The notes: a model not told the origin generated them from the letters alone. A DNA stretch of 28,298 nt from a bacterium (GCA_963663405.2 CAXXSM010000077.1:1-28298), one strand, 5' to 3'; shown: positions 9,617-20,455, counted from the stretch's first letter. Program-made: numbers and translations.

Positions 9617-11761
9617 GTGCGACGGATTGTCGCTGAGGGGGCGGATTTTATTTCGTCCCCTTTTCGTTTGCCCAGCGAAGCGGGCAACTCCGGCTTGTTG
9701 AAAGAAACAGGCGTCGCCCCGGCCAAGGGGAAGACAATCCGAATCGCAAGGGCGCCGCTGGCAACGGCGGGGTCTGAAGGAAGCGATAGGAAGTGAGCGG
9801 CACACAGCGCGAGCGAACCTGATTCGGCGGCGCGGGTGGGTAAGCGTGCGAAATAGCGCGAAGCCCGGTACTTGGTCAGACCCGTGACGTGATTGAGGGT
9901 GGGGCTGCTCACAGGAACCCGTCAGTAACTGGGGAAGCCTCATATCGTTCCGCCCGGCACAGCCGGAGCGGATAGTGAAACTCAAGAGGAGACTCGAGAC
10001 GGATCGAAGCGGTGTGAGGTGGCAGATGAATCCGTAGTAGTGTTGAAATCCCGGCCGGAGAAAGCGGGTAACCGTCTGGAGGAGAAAACCGGGATGACCT
10101 GCGGCCAAGTTCGCAGGGGCTGGTACGAGCCAAAAGCCGTAGCAGTTGCGAAGGGAAGAAGTTGATTTGAAGGTTCTTGAAACTCGACCGAAGCGCGGAA
10201 CCGAGTGCAAACCATCCAACGGGATGGGGCGCTTGAAAGGCGGTAGGCTGTGAAAGGCTGTCTGCTCTTCTTGGCCGCTCACTGGAGTAACTTGGATCGG
10301 AGACCGCACATTGCCTGAGAAGGATAGAAGACGGCGAGGACCAAGTGAAGACCCAGAGGGAAAGCGAAGAGGGCGAGGGGAAAGGAACGCAGGAGTCAGA
10401 GCCGTGAAAGTCTACTACAGTCTATACGACCGGATGTTGTCGAAGCGAAATCTATTCGACGCATTCAGGAAGGTGGAGTCCGCGAAAGGCGCCGCCGGAA
10501 TCGACCGGCAGTCCATCGAGGGATTTGCAGAGGATCTGGACGAGAATCTCACCGCGCTGGCGAAGGAACTCCGGGAAAAAAAGTACCGGCCGAAACCGGT
10601 CAAACGAGTGGAAATTCCCAAGCCGAATGGCGGGATCAGGAAACTCGGAATTCCCGCAGTCCGAGACCGGGTTGTGCAACAGACCCTATTGAACATTCTG
10701 CAACCGATATTCGATCCGGAATTTCATCCGTCGAGTTACGGGTATCGTCCGAAACGGAGTTGTCACCAGGCGATAGCCAAAGCGGCGATGTTTATCCGGG
10801 AAGGCGGATTGCAATGGGTCGTCGACATGGACTTGTCGAAATGTTTTGACACACTGGATCATGAATTGATCCTGCAAGGAATTCGTAAGCGGATCACAGA
10901 CGGAAGCATTTTGAATCTGATCCGTCTGTTCTTGGAGAGCGGTGTAATGACGGAGGAAGGCTGGCAGGCGAGTATAGTGGGAAGTCCACAAGGAGGAGTG
11001 ATCAGTCCCCTGATCGCCAATATCTACTTGGACGCGTTCGATCAATTCATGAAAAATCGAAACCACCGCATCGTTCGCTACGCCGATGACATCCTGATTT
11101 TAACTCGCTCGAAAAGCGCCGCGGAGAACGCCCGCAAGCAGGCAAGCGCCTACCTGGAAGGGGAACTCAAACTCACCGTAAACCAACAGAAGACCCATAT
11201 TGTCCATAGCCGGGACGGGGTGAAATTTCTCGGAGTGATGATCCACACGGGTTATACTCGCATCCAGGAGGACAAGATCAAAGGGTTGAAAGGAAAGGTG
11301 AAGAAGATCACCCGGCGTAATTCTCCGGTGAATCTGAAGAAGGTCATCGAAGATCTGAACCCGGTGATCCGTGGGTTTGCGAACTATTTCCGGATCGCGA
11401 ACTGCAAGGGAGTGTTCGAAGCCCTGACGAAATGGATCCGAAGACGCCTGCGAGCCAAGCAACTCAGTTTGTGGAAGAAGCCGAAAAGGCTGCATCGCCA
11501 ATTGAGACGGCTGGGTTACAAGGGGGAATTTCAATTCATCAAGATGAGATCGTGGAGAAATGCAGCGAGTCCATTAGCCAGTTTTTCCATGCCCAACTGG
11601 TATTTGGAAGAACTGGGGTTGTTCGATATGGAATCTGTGAAAACCGGAATTTCTGTTTCAATCAAATGAAGGAAAATCAACAGGAGCCGTATACGAGGCC
11701 CGTACGTACGGTTCTGTGAGAGGGATAAGGTAGGAAGGCCTCCTACCTTACCCTACTCGAT
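9617..11761 (+). mobile_element. Group II intron with RT/maturase ORF
   Basis: 5' GTGCG at 9617 (GTGTG at 9615 is an alternative); domain V GAGCCGTATACGAGGCCCGTACGTACGGTTC at 11684-11714; domain VI hairpin with bulged A; ends ...CTACTCGAT. Confidence 0.93.
10404..11669 (+). CDS. ltrA: Group II intron reverse transcriptase/maturase, no HNH endonuclease domain
   Basis: GAAGID, RKLGIPAVRDRVVQ, SYGYRP, GSPQGGVISP, RYADD and domain X (LNPVIRGFANYF). GTG start with AGGAG at 10391-10395. Confidence 0.95.
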   Translation: MKVYYSLYDRMLSKRNLFDAFRKVESAKGAAGIDRQSIEGFAEDLDENLTALAKELREKKYRPKPVKRVEIPKPNGGIRKLGIPAVRDRVVQQTLLNILQPIFDPEFHPSSYGYRPKRSCHQAIAKAAMFIREGGLQWVVDMDLSKCFDTLDHELILQGIRKRITDGSILNLIRLFLESGVMTEEGWQASIVGSPQGGVISPLIANIYLDAFDQFMKNRNHRIVRYADDILILTRSKSAAENARKQASAYLEGELKLTVNQQKTHIVHSRDGVKFLGVMIHTGYTRIQEDKIKGLKGKVKKITRRNSPVNLKKVIEDLNPVIRGFANYFRIANCKGVFEALTKWIRRRLRAKQLSLWKKPKRLHRQLRRLGYKGEFQFIKMRSWRNAASPLASFSMPNWYLEELGLFDMESVKTGISVSIK

Positions 11762-11855
11762 CCAAATGACAAGCCCGAGCATTCGCTTATGCCTAAAAAA
11801 ACTCATGAACGACTTTCCGGCTCAGATCGACTCTTGGGAAAACCGAATCCTCCTC

Positions 11856-12893
11856 CTACGACCCACCAGCGCGATTGGCATCCTGCAGCACAAAATTGGG
11901 AAAATCTTCAAACACCCATTTATTCTTCAATGTGTTGTATATCACTCGTAAAAATTTCCGGGCCAACGCAATGATGGCTTTGCCTGTTCCTCTCTCCACT
12001 TTCTTGCGTTCATAAAATGTTCGCAGATACGGACTATAACGAATCGCGATCAACGCGCATTGCACTAAGGTCGTACGAGCCAGTTTGTTGCCTTGTTTCG
12101 TGATCCGTCCCGATCGCTCCGTTTCGTTCGAATTGCTTACGCGGGGAACCAATCCCAAATACGAGGCAATTTTCCCTTCATTTTCGAAATCATTCACATC
12201 GCCGATCACGGACAATAGAATGCTCGCGCTGGTCTTCCCGATCCCCTTGATGCTGGTCAGATTGGTATGACCTTCCTGTTTGGGACCTTCCTCGTGGATG
12301 GTCGATTCCAGTTTCTTAATGCTCTCATTCAAACTGCGAATTTGATCGACCAGCACCTGCAATTCCGCAGCGACCAACGTGTCCCATGGAAATGACAGAA
12401 CCTTCTGCAGCCCTTTTTCGCTGGACAATTCTTCCCGCTTCAATTCGATTCCATGCGCCGACAAGATATTATTGATCTTGTTTTTTAACGTCGTCCGTAG
12501 TTTCACTAATTTGTCGCGGGTTTGGGTGAGGCTGGCCATTTGCGCCTGCATTTTGTCTTTCATTCTCACCTCCGGCAGTGGGTGATCTTTGGCTAAGAAC
12601 AACGCTAAGGTTTCCGCGTCGTTCTTATCCGTTTTCTTGACCGACTGGCTGATCACCTTGAACTGACTTGGATTCACGATCACCACGCGTTTGACACGCG
12701 TCTGGATCGCCTCGTAAAACATCCGGGTGTTCCCCGTCGATTCGACGGCCACCTGATCCGACCGGCGAAGCGTCTGGAGGAAATCCGGCAACTCACTCAT
12801 TCTCCAGGTTGTTGTCGCTTTCACTTTTTGTTTCGTACGCCTGCATACGGTAAAACAATTCCGATGTAAGTCGATTCCTAAATAGTCTGCCAT
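11856..12893 (-). CDS. IS110-family DEDD recombinase/transposase
   Basis: LGIDLH, AVESTG, KTDKNDA (DEDD); SIKGIG; SYLGLVPRVSNS (Tnp-domain serine). Confidence 0.95.
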   Translation of the reverse strand: MADYLGIDLHRNCFTVCRRTKQKVKATTTWRMSELPDFLQTLRRSDQVAVESTGNTRMFYEAIQTRVKRVVIVNPSQFKVISQSVKKTDKNDAETLALFLAKDHPLPEVRMKDKMQAQMASLTQTRDKLVKLRTTLKNKINNILSAHGIELKREELSSEKGLQKVLSFPWDTLVAAELQVLVDQIRSLNESIKKLESTIHEEGPKQEGHTNLTSIKGIGKTSASILLSVIGDVNDFENEGKIASYLGLVPRVSNSNETERSGRITKQGNKLARTTLVQCALIAIRYSPYLRTFYERKKVERGTGKAIIALARKFLRVIYNTLKNKWVFEDFPNFVLQDANRAGGS

Positions 12894-12909
12894 GTCTCCA
12901 CCTCGTTCT

Positions 12910-13103
12910 TGTTTGGGTGGAGTAGACGTGCTTTGGGGCGGTCACCAAACTCCTATCCAAGGTCGCTATGCCTTATGGTGGCGCTTCGGTTATAGGTCTG
13001 ACCAATCTCCTTTACGAGGTCGCTGTGCCTCACTAAACGATACAGCCTATAACCTGTCTACTCCGGATTACTATTGGTTTCGTCCGGAATCTCACCGCCT
13101 CAA
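12910..13103 (-). ncRNA. Predicted IS110 bridge RNA
   Basis: Two parallel stem/internal-loop/hairpin modules (GG-CAYAGCGA-CC) whose loop strands match the target and donor sequences; closed by GGAGUAGAC/GUCUACUCC. Ends are approximate. Confidence 0.8.
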
Positions 13104-13118
13104 GCCTTATTCATACCA

Positions 13119-15383
13119 TCTCCTTTATCACATTCCGATTATTTACAAAAGATTTTAGGCACGGACAAGAGAAATCCGGTGTTTACGATTTTCTGCGATG
13201 AAGAGGAAGACCAGTTGCATGTCTATTACGGCGCGGATCTATTAGAAATTGTACCGGACGATCGAGAGCATATCGAATACAAATTACTCGTCGCTCGACT
13301 CTACAACGCCAACCTCAATGCGACCATCTTGCAAGAAGTCTTTCAAGTGGACCGGAAAACCATGAAGCGGTGGGGCGCCGCTCTTCGCTCTGGGGATAGT
13401 GAACAACTACGGAAAGTGTTGTTTGGCCGCCAAGCGCGAAGAAAACTCACTCCGGAAATCGAATCGTATATCCGCATGCGATTTCCCGCGATTTACGAGG
13501 AAACAAAATATGAATATAGCAAACGGATGCGGGAAGAAATTGAGCAGGTGTTCGGCTGCACGCTATCCGGGGAAACGCTCCGTCCCTTGCTGAGAGAATT
13601 GAAGGAAAGCATAAAAGTTCAAAAGGAAAATGAGGAAACTCCCTGGGATTGTGAGCAGGAACCCGAGATCGAAGAAGAGGAGAAGACAAGCGAAATTGGC
13701 TCTGAAAACGAAGAAATTCGAGAACAATCTAAGGAGTCATCCACACCAATGCCTTGTAACAATCGCAAGGAGTCTCCCGAATTAAAAGAAGCCTTTCCGG
13801 AGGAAGTGACGCTGTGTCATCACCTGGGCGTGTTGCTGTTCAGCGCCTTGTTTCTCAGTCTCGACGCTTTCCCGGGGGAGGCGAGTTGGCTGCTCAAACA
13901 ATGGGTGGCGATCATCTTGTTAGGAGCGGTCAATATCGAACAAACCAAGTTGCTGGATTTCGAGGATTTGAAACGGCTTTTGGGGAAGTGCATGCGCTCC
14001 TTGCATGACCAACGAACGCATCTGGGCCAAATGGCGACGGTCGCGATGGCGGAGCAGGTTCTTCGGTTAAACGCCGCAGAGGTCGATGCGGCGGCGAACG
14101 ATGACTTTTATTACGATCCCCATACGAAACTCTATACAGGAATCCAGAACGTCTTGAAAGGCTGGTGTCCAAGCATTCGTTCGGCGGATAAAGCGCTCCA
14201 TATGGATTTTATTCACACGGCGGCGGGGCATCCGGTGTATCTCGAATCGACCGATAACTACGAAGACATGCGGGATCGGTTTTTTCAGGTGACCAACCAC
14301 TTTCGAGCGCTTTTACAGATGGATAAAAAGAAGGTGATCACCTTCATCGTTGACCGTGGGATATACAGTCTTGAAGTCTTTCAGAAATTCATCGAAGATC
14401 CTTCCACGCATGTGATCACGTGGGAAAAGAATTACAAGTTGGCGCCTTGGCCAGCGGAACCGGCGCCGGGAGCCTTCACGCTGGAACGGAACCGCAATTG
14501 CGCTACGGATCTGCAACTCTATACCTTCGCCTGCCTTGATGAGCGCTGGGAAAAGGATTCGTCGATGCGGAGGCTGCGCGTGCGCGCGACCAATCCCAAA
14601 GGACGGACGATCGAAGTGGGCGTATTGACCGATGACTTGACTCGGCCGGCCCCAGAGATAATTACCTTGATCTTCCGGCGCTGGATCCAGGAAAATGATT
14701 TTAAGTATTTGGACAAACACTTTGGGATTAACGAAATCACCAGTTATGCGGTGATTCCTTACAAGCGATTACAAGATCACCTGGAAGATCAACAAATGAA
14801 GAGCGGCGCATATAAAGCGCTGGAAATGGAACGAAGCCAAACGCAAGAGAAATTGGGCAAACTCTTGGTCCAGGAGCGTCAACATCCCGGAAAAAATGCG
14901 AAACGAGCCGAAAAGATTCAAACCTTGTCTCACCGGCTGGATGAGATTGACGAGGAAATGAAAACGACAGAAAAGGAAATGTCCCGGCTCGAGTTTTTAA
15001 TCGAGCAGGATTGCGTCCGCTTGGATACACGCAATAAATATTTGATGGACGTTTTGAAATTGTTGGCGCGAAATATCTTTTATAAAATGCTGGAGCCGTT
15101 CAAAAAAGAGTATGATAATTTCAGGGATGATCACGTGCTCTTTCGTTCCTTAACTCAATCGGATGGAGTCATCAAACAACAGGGAGATCAGGTGGAAGTC
15201 ATTCTCCTTCCGAAACCGAATTATCCACCGAAAGTAAGGCGGATTATGGAGCAGTATCTGGCTAACATCAATGAGACCCACCCCCTTATGCACGATGGCT
15301 CGAATCGGCAAATTCACTTTCGACTGGGGAAAAAATCGGAATTTGAAATTGCGATTGTTTCAGGACCAAAACGGCCGAAATAG
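13119..15383 (+). CDS. Large DDE transposase with N-terminal HTH region; start codon separated by the IS110
   Basis: FYYDPH, FIVDRG and RRWIQENDFKY catalytic motifs; HTH-like LQEVFQVDRKTMKRW; coiled-coil insert; stop lies within the right TIR. Confidence 0.85.
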   Translation, partial: SPLSHSDYLQKILGTDKRNPVFTIFCDEEEDQLHVYYGADLLEIVPDDREHIEYKLLVARLYNANLNATILQEVFQVDRKTMKRWGAALRSGDSEQLRKVLFGRQARRKLTPEIESYIRMRFPAIYEETKYEYSKRMREEIEQVFGCTLSGETLRPLLRELKESIKVQKENEETPWDCEQEPEIEEEEKTSEIGSENEEIREQSKESSTPMPCNNRKESPELKEAFPEEVTLCHHLGVLLFSALFLSLDAFPGEASWLLKQWVAIILLGAVNIEQTKLLDFEDLKRLLGKCMRSLHDQRTHLGQMATVAMAEQVLRLNAAEVDAAANDDFYYDPHTKLYTGIQNVLKGWCPSIRSADKALHMDFIHTAAGHPVYLESTDNYEDMRDRFFQVTNHFRALLQMDKKKVITFIVDRGIYSLEVFQKFIEDPSTHVITWEKNYKLAPWPAEPAPGAFTLERNRNCATDLQLYTFACLDERWEKDSSMRRLRVRATNPKGRTIEVGVLTDDLTRPAPEIITLIFRRWIQENDFKYLDKHFGINEITSYAVIPYKRLQDHLEDQQMKSGAYKALEMERSQTQEKLGKLLVQERQHPGKNAKRAEKIQTLSHRLDEIDEEMKTTEKEMSRLEFLIEQDCVRLDTRNKYLMDVLKLLARNIFYKMLEPFKKEYDNFRDDHVLFRSLTQSDGVIKQQGDQVEVILLPKPNYPPKVRRIMEQYLANINETHPLMHDGSNRQIHFRLGKKSEFEIAIVSGPKRPK

Positions 15384-15415
15384 TGAGTTCTGAACCTATT
15401 GGGTGAGGGAAATCA

Positions 15416-16818
15416 ATGGCGCGTTCCAAGAAAAAATCGAAACGAAATCCGGCTAAGATCACTAAAATTGGAGTCACCTCCGATGTGCTGACTTCGCGAG
15501 GAGGACTCAACTTCTTTTCAAAGTATATTGAAAACATACAAATTCTTTCTGTCTTAGGAATGCTATTTGGCTCCATCCGGAAAAGTAAAAAAGGACAGTC
15601 AATCGAAACCATCTTAAAACAAGTGATCTGTAATTTAATGAATGGCATGAGCCGCCATTTGACTTACTTTGACCAATTGAAGACGGATCAAGGCTATACC
15701 GCCAGTCTCGAACTGACGTCGGAGGAGATGGTCTCCTCTCACAGCGTCAAACGATTTTTTAAAGCCTTTTCCATGCCCCTGGTTTGGGCGTTTCGCAAAC
15801 TGTTGAAGCAACTGTTCCTGTGGCGGTTGCGGTTGGAGAATCCACTCGTCATTTATCTCGGAATCGATTCAATGGTGATGGACAACGACGAAGCCAGCAA
15901 GCGGGATGGAGTGCAGCCGACGTACAAAAAAAAGAAAGGCTTTCACCCGTTGCAGATGACGTGGAAGCGAGTGATTATAGATGCGGTGTTCCGTGGAGGC
16001 AAGAAACATTGCAACCATGGAGAGACGGTGGCCAATATGGCGCGAGAAATCGTGAAACTCATCCGGAAAAAATATCGGAAAGACGTAGCCATCGTCTTTC
16101 TTCTGGATGGAGGATTTTTCGACGAAAAACTCTTCCAGGAATTTGAAGCGCTGAAGGTCGGGTATATCTGGGGGGGAAACTCTACGAAGACCTTTCGGAC
16201 TATGCCGAAAGCCTGGAGAAAGAAGAGTGGAAAAAGTATACCAATGGGAAAGACGGATGGGATTATTACGAGATGGAGGATCGGCGAGCGAGTTGGTCAA
16301 AATCGCGCCGCGCCATTTTCTGCCGCTTCACCGCGGAAGATCCGCAGCGAGTGTTTGACGCGTTTCGTCCCCTGACGATACTCTATACCAACTTGGGGCA
16401 AGGTGAGTCGATTGACGAACAACTTCTATTCGTTGGTCGGCAGGATCTCATCCAGACCGAAAAGATCCTCGAATGCGCTCATGGACGGGGACGGGATGAA
16501 CTAGTCCATCGCGCCTTCAAGAACTTTGCCTTCGAGGCCCTACCGTTCCAGCGGTTCGCTCCGAATGCCGCCTACTATTACACAATGGTTGTCTCTCACT
16601 TTTTATACGAATGTTTCAAAGCAGATACATGTGAGGCGATCTTGCCTCTCGAAACGTATGCGTCGACTTTCCGACGAAAAGTAATTGATATCGCTTCAAA
16701 GATTGTTCGAAAGAGTGGAGAGATATGGATCAAGTTCACTCAGGCCACTTGGAACGATCTCCAACTCGATAAATTCTGGGACCGATGTAAGAATCCCCCT
16801 CAATTTGTTTGGACCTAA
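15416..16818 (+). CDS. IS1380-family transposase (one frameshift at G7 16170-16176)
   Basis: LTSRGGL, LGIDS, YKKKKGFHPL, LDGGF, HGRGRDELVHR, F..NAAYY. Restoring one base joins the two ORFs via ...GGKLYEDL. Confidence 0.88.
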
Positions 16819-17047
16819 GTAAAAAAGACAATTCCATCTTGAAGACCTGCCAATGTAACAGGATAAGTGCGCCTATAGGCTGATAATTTCAACTCGACGG
16901 TTCCTGTTCATACCCACTATTTCACTTACACGTTCTTTTTTTTCTGGATTTTCTATGAAATTAAACTTACATTTATCAAACAACATAGTTGATCTTTGTA
17001 ATTTCAATTAAAATGAATATTTTTCAAGAAGAATCGCTCAATTTAGG

Positions 17048-17430
17048 TATAAATCTAAGTTTACGCAGAGCGGAATTGCAAAATTAGAAAACGGTGTATA
17101 TCGAGAACCGGACGGTTTAGAGATTCGGCTTTATGAAGGCGCAATTGGTGATCTAACCGGTGATGGCTTGAACGACGCCGTCGTGATTCTAGAATCTACT
17201 CCAGATGAAAATCATACATTCTATCACTTGGCTGTCGTTGCGAACCGGGATAGAGTATATTAGCATGTTGATTCTATTTATCTGGGAGAATTAGAATCAC
17301 TTTTTTTAGGCATCTCACAATTTAATCCAATGAAATCTATATTGAAATCCTTACTCGTCACGAGGGAGAAATCATTAAAACTAACAAAAAATTCAAATTT
17401 GACTCAGATCACCTGATCGAAATTCCGTAA
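17048..17430 (+). pseudogene. 3' half of the disrupted lipoprotein gene, paralog of 17481-18128
   Basis: YKSKFTQSGIAKLENGVYRE..GDLTGDGLNDAVVIL..FYHLAVV aligns with the downstream gene; in-frame TAG at 17261 and a frameshift near 17300-17325. Confidence 0.85.
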
Positions 17431-17480
17431 CTTTTTTTATGGCATTCTTTGTAGTTCCAGGCGGAAGGAGGTCCAGCAAA

Positions 17481-18128
17481 GTGGATAAAAGGACTCGCAT
17501 ATTTGTTCGTGTTTCTCTTGTTTTTATTCTTATCTACTATTTCTTCGGTCAAAAAGAAAAAGATACCGATACCAAGGCGCTCGATCCAGTTTCAGAAGAA
17601 AACCTGACAGCAGATTCCGTGTCACCTGATTCTATCCTTCCAACCATTATTCCAGAATCGGTGCAGAAATTTATCTATAAATCTAATTTATCGCGGAGTG
17701 AACAAACTTGGTTAGTTGACAATTCCTATCGGGATTCGTTGATGAACCTTACCTATGAATCTGATTTTACACAGAGCGGAAAAGCCAGGTTGGTTGATGG
17801 TGTATATAGAGAACAAACCATTCACGGTTCTTCGGATGAACTTGTTATACGGCTAGGGGATGAAATCGCGTTAGGGGATCTAAACCAGGATGGTTCAAAT
17901 GACGCAGCCGTGATATTGATTTCAAAACCAGGTGGAAGAGGCGCATTTTATCATGTGGCCGCCGTTTTAAAACAAAATAGAACGTTTGCACATGTTTCTT
18001 CCGCTTATCTCGGTGATGGAATCCAAATTCGACAGGTCGAAATCGAATCCAGTGAAATCCATGTCAATGTAAATACAGCATTAAAAAAATATAAACTGGA
18101 TTCTAACCGTTTACGAGAAATACAGTAA
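17481..18128 (+). CDS. Membrane-anchored hypothetical protein with DxNxDG (FG-GAP/Ca-binding-like) motif
   Basis: GTG start after AAGGAGG; N-terminal TM; GDLNQDGSNDAAV. Confidence 0.75.
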   Translation: MDKRTRIFVRVSLVFILIYYFFGQKEKDTDTKALDPVSEENLTADSVSPDSILPTIIPESVQKFIYKSNLSRSEQTWLVDNSYRDSLMNLTYESDFTQSGKARLVDGVYREQTIHGSSDELVIRLGDEIALGDLNQDGSNDAAVILISKPGGRGAFYHVAAVLKQNRTFAHVSSAYLGDGIQIRQVEIESSEIHVNVNTALKKYKLDSNRLREIQ

Positions 18129-18163
18129 CAGCAAATAGATAGGATTTTTTATCGAGCGAAGTA

Positions 18164-19000
18164 GAGATTTTCAAAAGTTATGGATGAAGCTTGACTGGGC
18201 GAAGAAAAGAACGAGCGTATCCTCATAGAAAAAAAATCACTCGTCAAAGGCGAGGAAAGGATACACTCATGAAAGAAAATAATGTAATTGATCTGGAAAA
18301 TTGAGAGGTGGAAGCCTTCGGATCCCAACTCGAAAAAGTAGTCCGGGAAGGCGTGGAGCAAATCATTATGGCGGCGCTCTAAGATGGGATCGACAAGTAC
18401 ATCAATCGTTACACAGAAGAAAAAGATGACAATGGTCGTCGTCTGGTCACTCGTAATGGGTATTTGCCGGAACGGGAAATTCAAACCGGCCTTGACCCGA
18501 TAAGTATAACGCAGCCGCGAGTGAATGATCGACGAAAAAACCAATCCTTTACGAGTATAATACTTCCGCCGTATATGCGTCGCATGCCCAGCATTGATGC
18601 GCTCATCCCAGCCTTATACTTAATAGGGATTTCAACGGGTGCCATGCAGGAAGCGATTTTAGGTCCACACACAAAAGGCTTATCGGCGACCAACATTGTG
18701 CGTTTGAAAGAAGGCTGGATGAAGGAGTATGACGACTGATGTCGCCGAGATTTGACTGATAAGCGTTATGTCTATTTCTGTGCGGACGGCATTTATTTCA
18801 ATGTCCGTTTGGAGAAGGATCGCCCTTGTATACTTGTTAAAATGGGCGCTTTAGATGACGGGATAAAGGAAATCATTGTCGTTCATAATGGGCAGCGAGA
18901 AAGTAAATTGTCATGGCTGGAAGCGCTGAGCGATTTAAGGAAAAGAGGATTAAAAGAAGGCCCCAAATTAGCGACGGGCGACGGCGAGTTAGGTTTTTGT
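18164..19000 (+). pseudogene. Degenerate, 3'-truncated IS256-family element
   Basis: Left end GAGATTTTCAAAAG; ATG 18269; RNGYLPEREIQTG, LYLIGISTG, YVYFCADGIYF, RESKLSW, GDGELGF; stops and frameshifts. Confidence 0.85.
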
Positions 19001-19118
19001 GTCGTCGTAGTCAAAAGGATCGATCAAAGAGCCTTTCTGATTGTCATTAATTCGAAGCATCAATCAACCTTATGCATTGAATTCACATAATTTAAGTATA
19101 CACTTCCATTTTATTTTT

Positions 19119-20455
19119 GGCTCTCCTCCTGAGAATCTGTGCGTAATAAGAGGATAGAAACACACGCTAACTCGTGTAATCTCAGTTTGCTGAGAACACA
19201 AGAAACACGAAAGGAAGCGTGTGTTGTTAAAGAGTATCGTGAAAAGAACGCTTGGACTCAAGAGGCATTCCGTCCTATCCATCAAAAGCCAAGAAGGAAA
19301 ACTCCTTATTGTTCTGACCATTCGAACGAATTGGCGGTTACCCTGCGCCAGTGTGGAACGCTGAGTCGAGTGCGCGATCGACTCAAAGAAAGAAGATGGC
19401 GAAATGTTCCTCTGTGGGGAATTCCCAGCGAGATTCGATACCGTCCGGCTCGTGTACGCTGTCCCAACTGCCAAGCGGTGAAAGTGGAAGCGATCCCTTG
19501 GTCTTCCGGTAAAAGCCCTTTAACAGTCGGCTTCATTTGGTTGCTTGCGGCGTGGGTAAAAGTCCTGGCTTGGAAAGTGGTGGCGGAGCGGTTCGATGTG
19601 CACTGGAACAGTGTTCAAGGCGCGGTGCGGCAAGCCGTGGATTATGGATTCAAGCATCGTGATTTAGGTTCGATTTTTTGTATAGGGATCGATGAACTTT
19701 CGCGGAAAAAAGGCCATGTATACGTGACCAACGTCTATGACTTGGAGGAGAAGCGATTGATCTGGAGCGGCGAGGGCCGCAGTCAGGAGACTCTGAACGA
19801 ATTTTTCGAAGAACACGGAGAAGCCCTGAAAGACTAGGTGATTGGTGTGTGCTGCGATATGTGGCAGCCGTATATTGCCATGATTGAGGAACGACTGCCG
19901 AACTCCACATTGATCTTCGATAAATTCCATATCGCGCAGCATTTGAACCAGGCTGTGGATGAAGTGCGGAAAGAAGAAGCCCGTGAATTGAAGAAAGAAA
20001 ATCCCGAACTCTTACAGAGAACCCGTTACATCTGGTTGAAAAATCCAGAGAATTTGACCGACAAGCAACGGGCTCGCTTGGGCCATCTGGAGAAGGTAAA
20101 TCTACGAACGAATCGGGCGTATTTGCTAAAGGAAGGATTTCGAGAATTTTGGAGTTATTGGTCGAAAGGCTGGGCAAAGAAATTCCTTGCGAAATGGTTC
20201 TGGTGGGCGACGCATTCCCGGTTAAAACCGATGCGGGATTTCGCCTGGTTGCTTCGGCGCCATCAAGATGGATTGCTCAATTATTTTGAATTACGAATTG
20301 ATAATGGAGCGGTAGAAGGAATGAACAACAAGGCCAAAGTCATCAGCCATCGTTGCTATGGATTCCACACGGCGAAAACCTACATCCTGGCTCTTTACCA
20401 TGGTCTCGGTAATCTACCTGAACCTGATCTCGTGAACAAATGCTTGTGAGGAGCC
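19119..20455 (+). mobile_element. ISL3-family insertion sequence
   Basis: Ends GGCTC / GAGCC; 8-bp TSD TTATTTTT at 19111-19118 and 20456-20463. Confidence 0.92.
19221..20449 (+). pseudogene. ISL3 transposase pseudogene
   Basis: Zn finger (C..C, CPNC), IGIDE, CCDMW, FDKFH, NGAVEGMNNK; frameshift near 19345 and in-frame TAG at 19835. Confidence 0.9.

Larger units (their letters stand above)
9380..13118 (-). mobile_element. IS110-family element (~1.6 kb native) interrupted by a group II intron
   Basis: Bounded by TCTCCT at 9374-9379 and 13119-13124; the empty site CATTTCTCCTTTATC is present at 9071-9085; no TIRs; DEDD recombinase. Confidence 0.88.
8934..15392 (+). mobile_element. Unclassified IS4/IS1634-like DDE insertion sequence (~2.4 kb native) inserted in the IS1380 leader
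   Basis: TIRs CAGACCTCACTA / CAGAACTCACTA (11/12); 5-bp TSD AACCT at 8929-8933 and 15393-15397; ~755-aa transposase. Confidence 0.88.
8830..17047 (+). mobile_element. IS1380-family element (~1.75 kb native) carrying nested insertions
   Basis: TIRs CCTAAGCTGAGCGATT / CCTAAATTGAGCGATT (14/16); 5-bp TSD TATAA at 8825-8829 and 17048-17052; transposase at 15416-16818. Confidence 0.9.

Noticed and set aside
10404-11669. RT as retron, DGR or CRISPR-associated RT
   Set aside because: Domain X plus flanking 5' GTGCG and domains V/VI identify a standard group II intron; no template/variable repeat pair or cas genes seen.
9422-11974. ORF restored by intron splicing (9422-9616 joined to 11762-11974 stays in frame)
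   Set aside because: No recognisable motifs, runs antisense into the IS110 transposase and across a structured non-coding end; likely chance.
13074-13118. Listed start of the 769-aa ORF
   Set aside because: These codons lie within the IS110 end, not the native gene.
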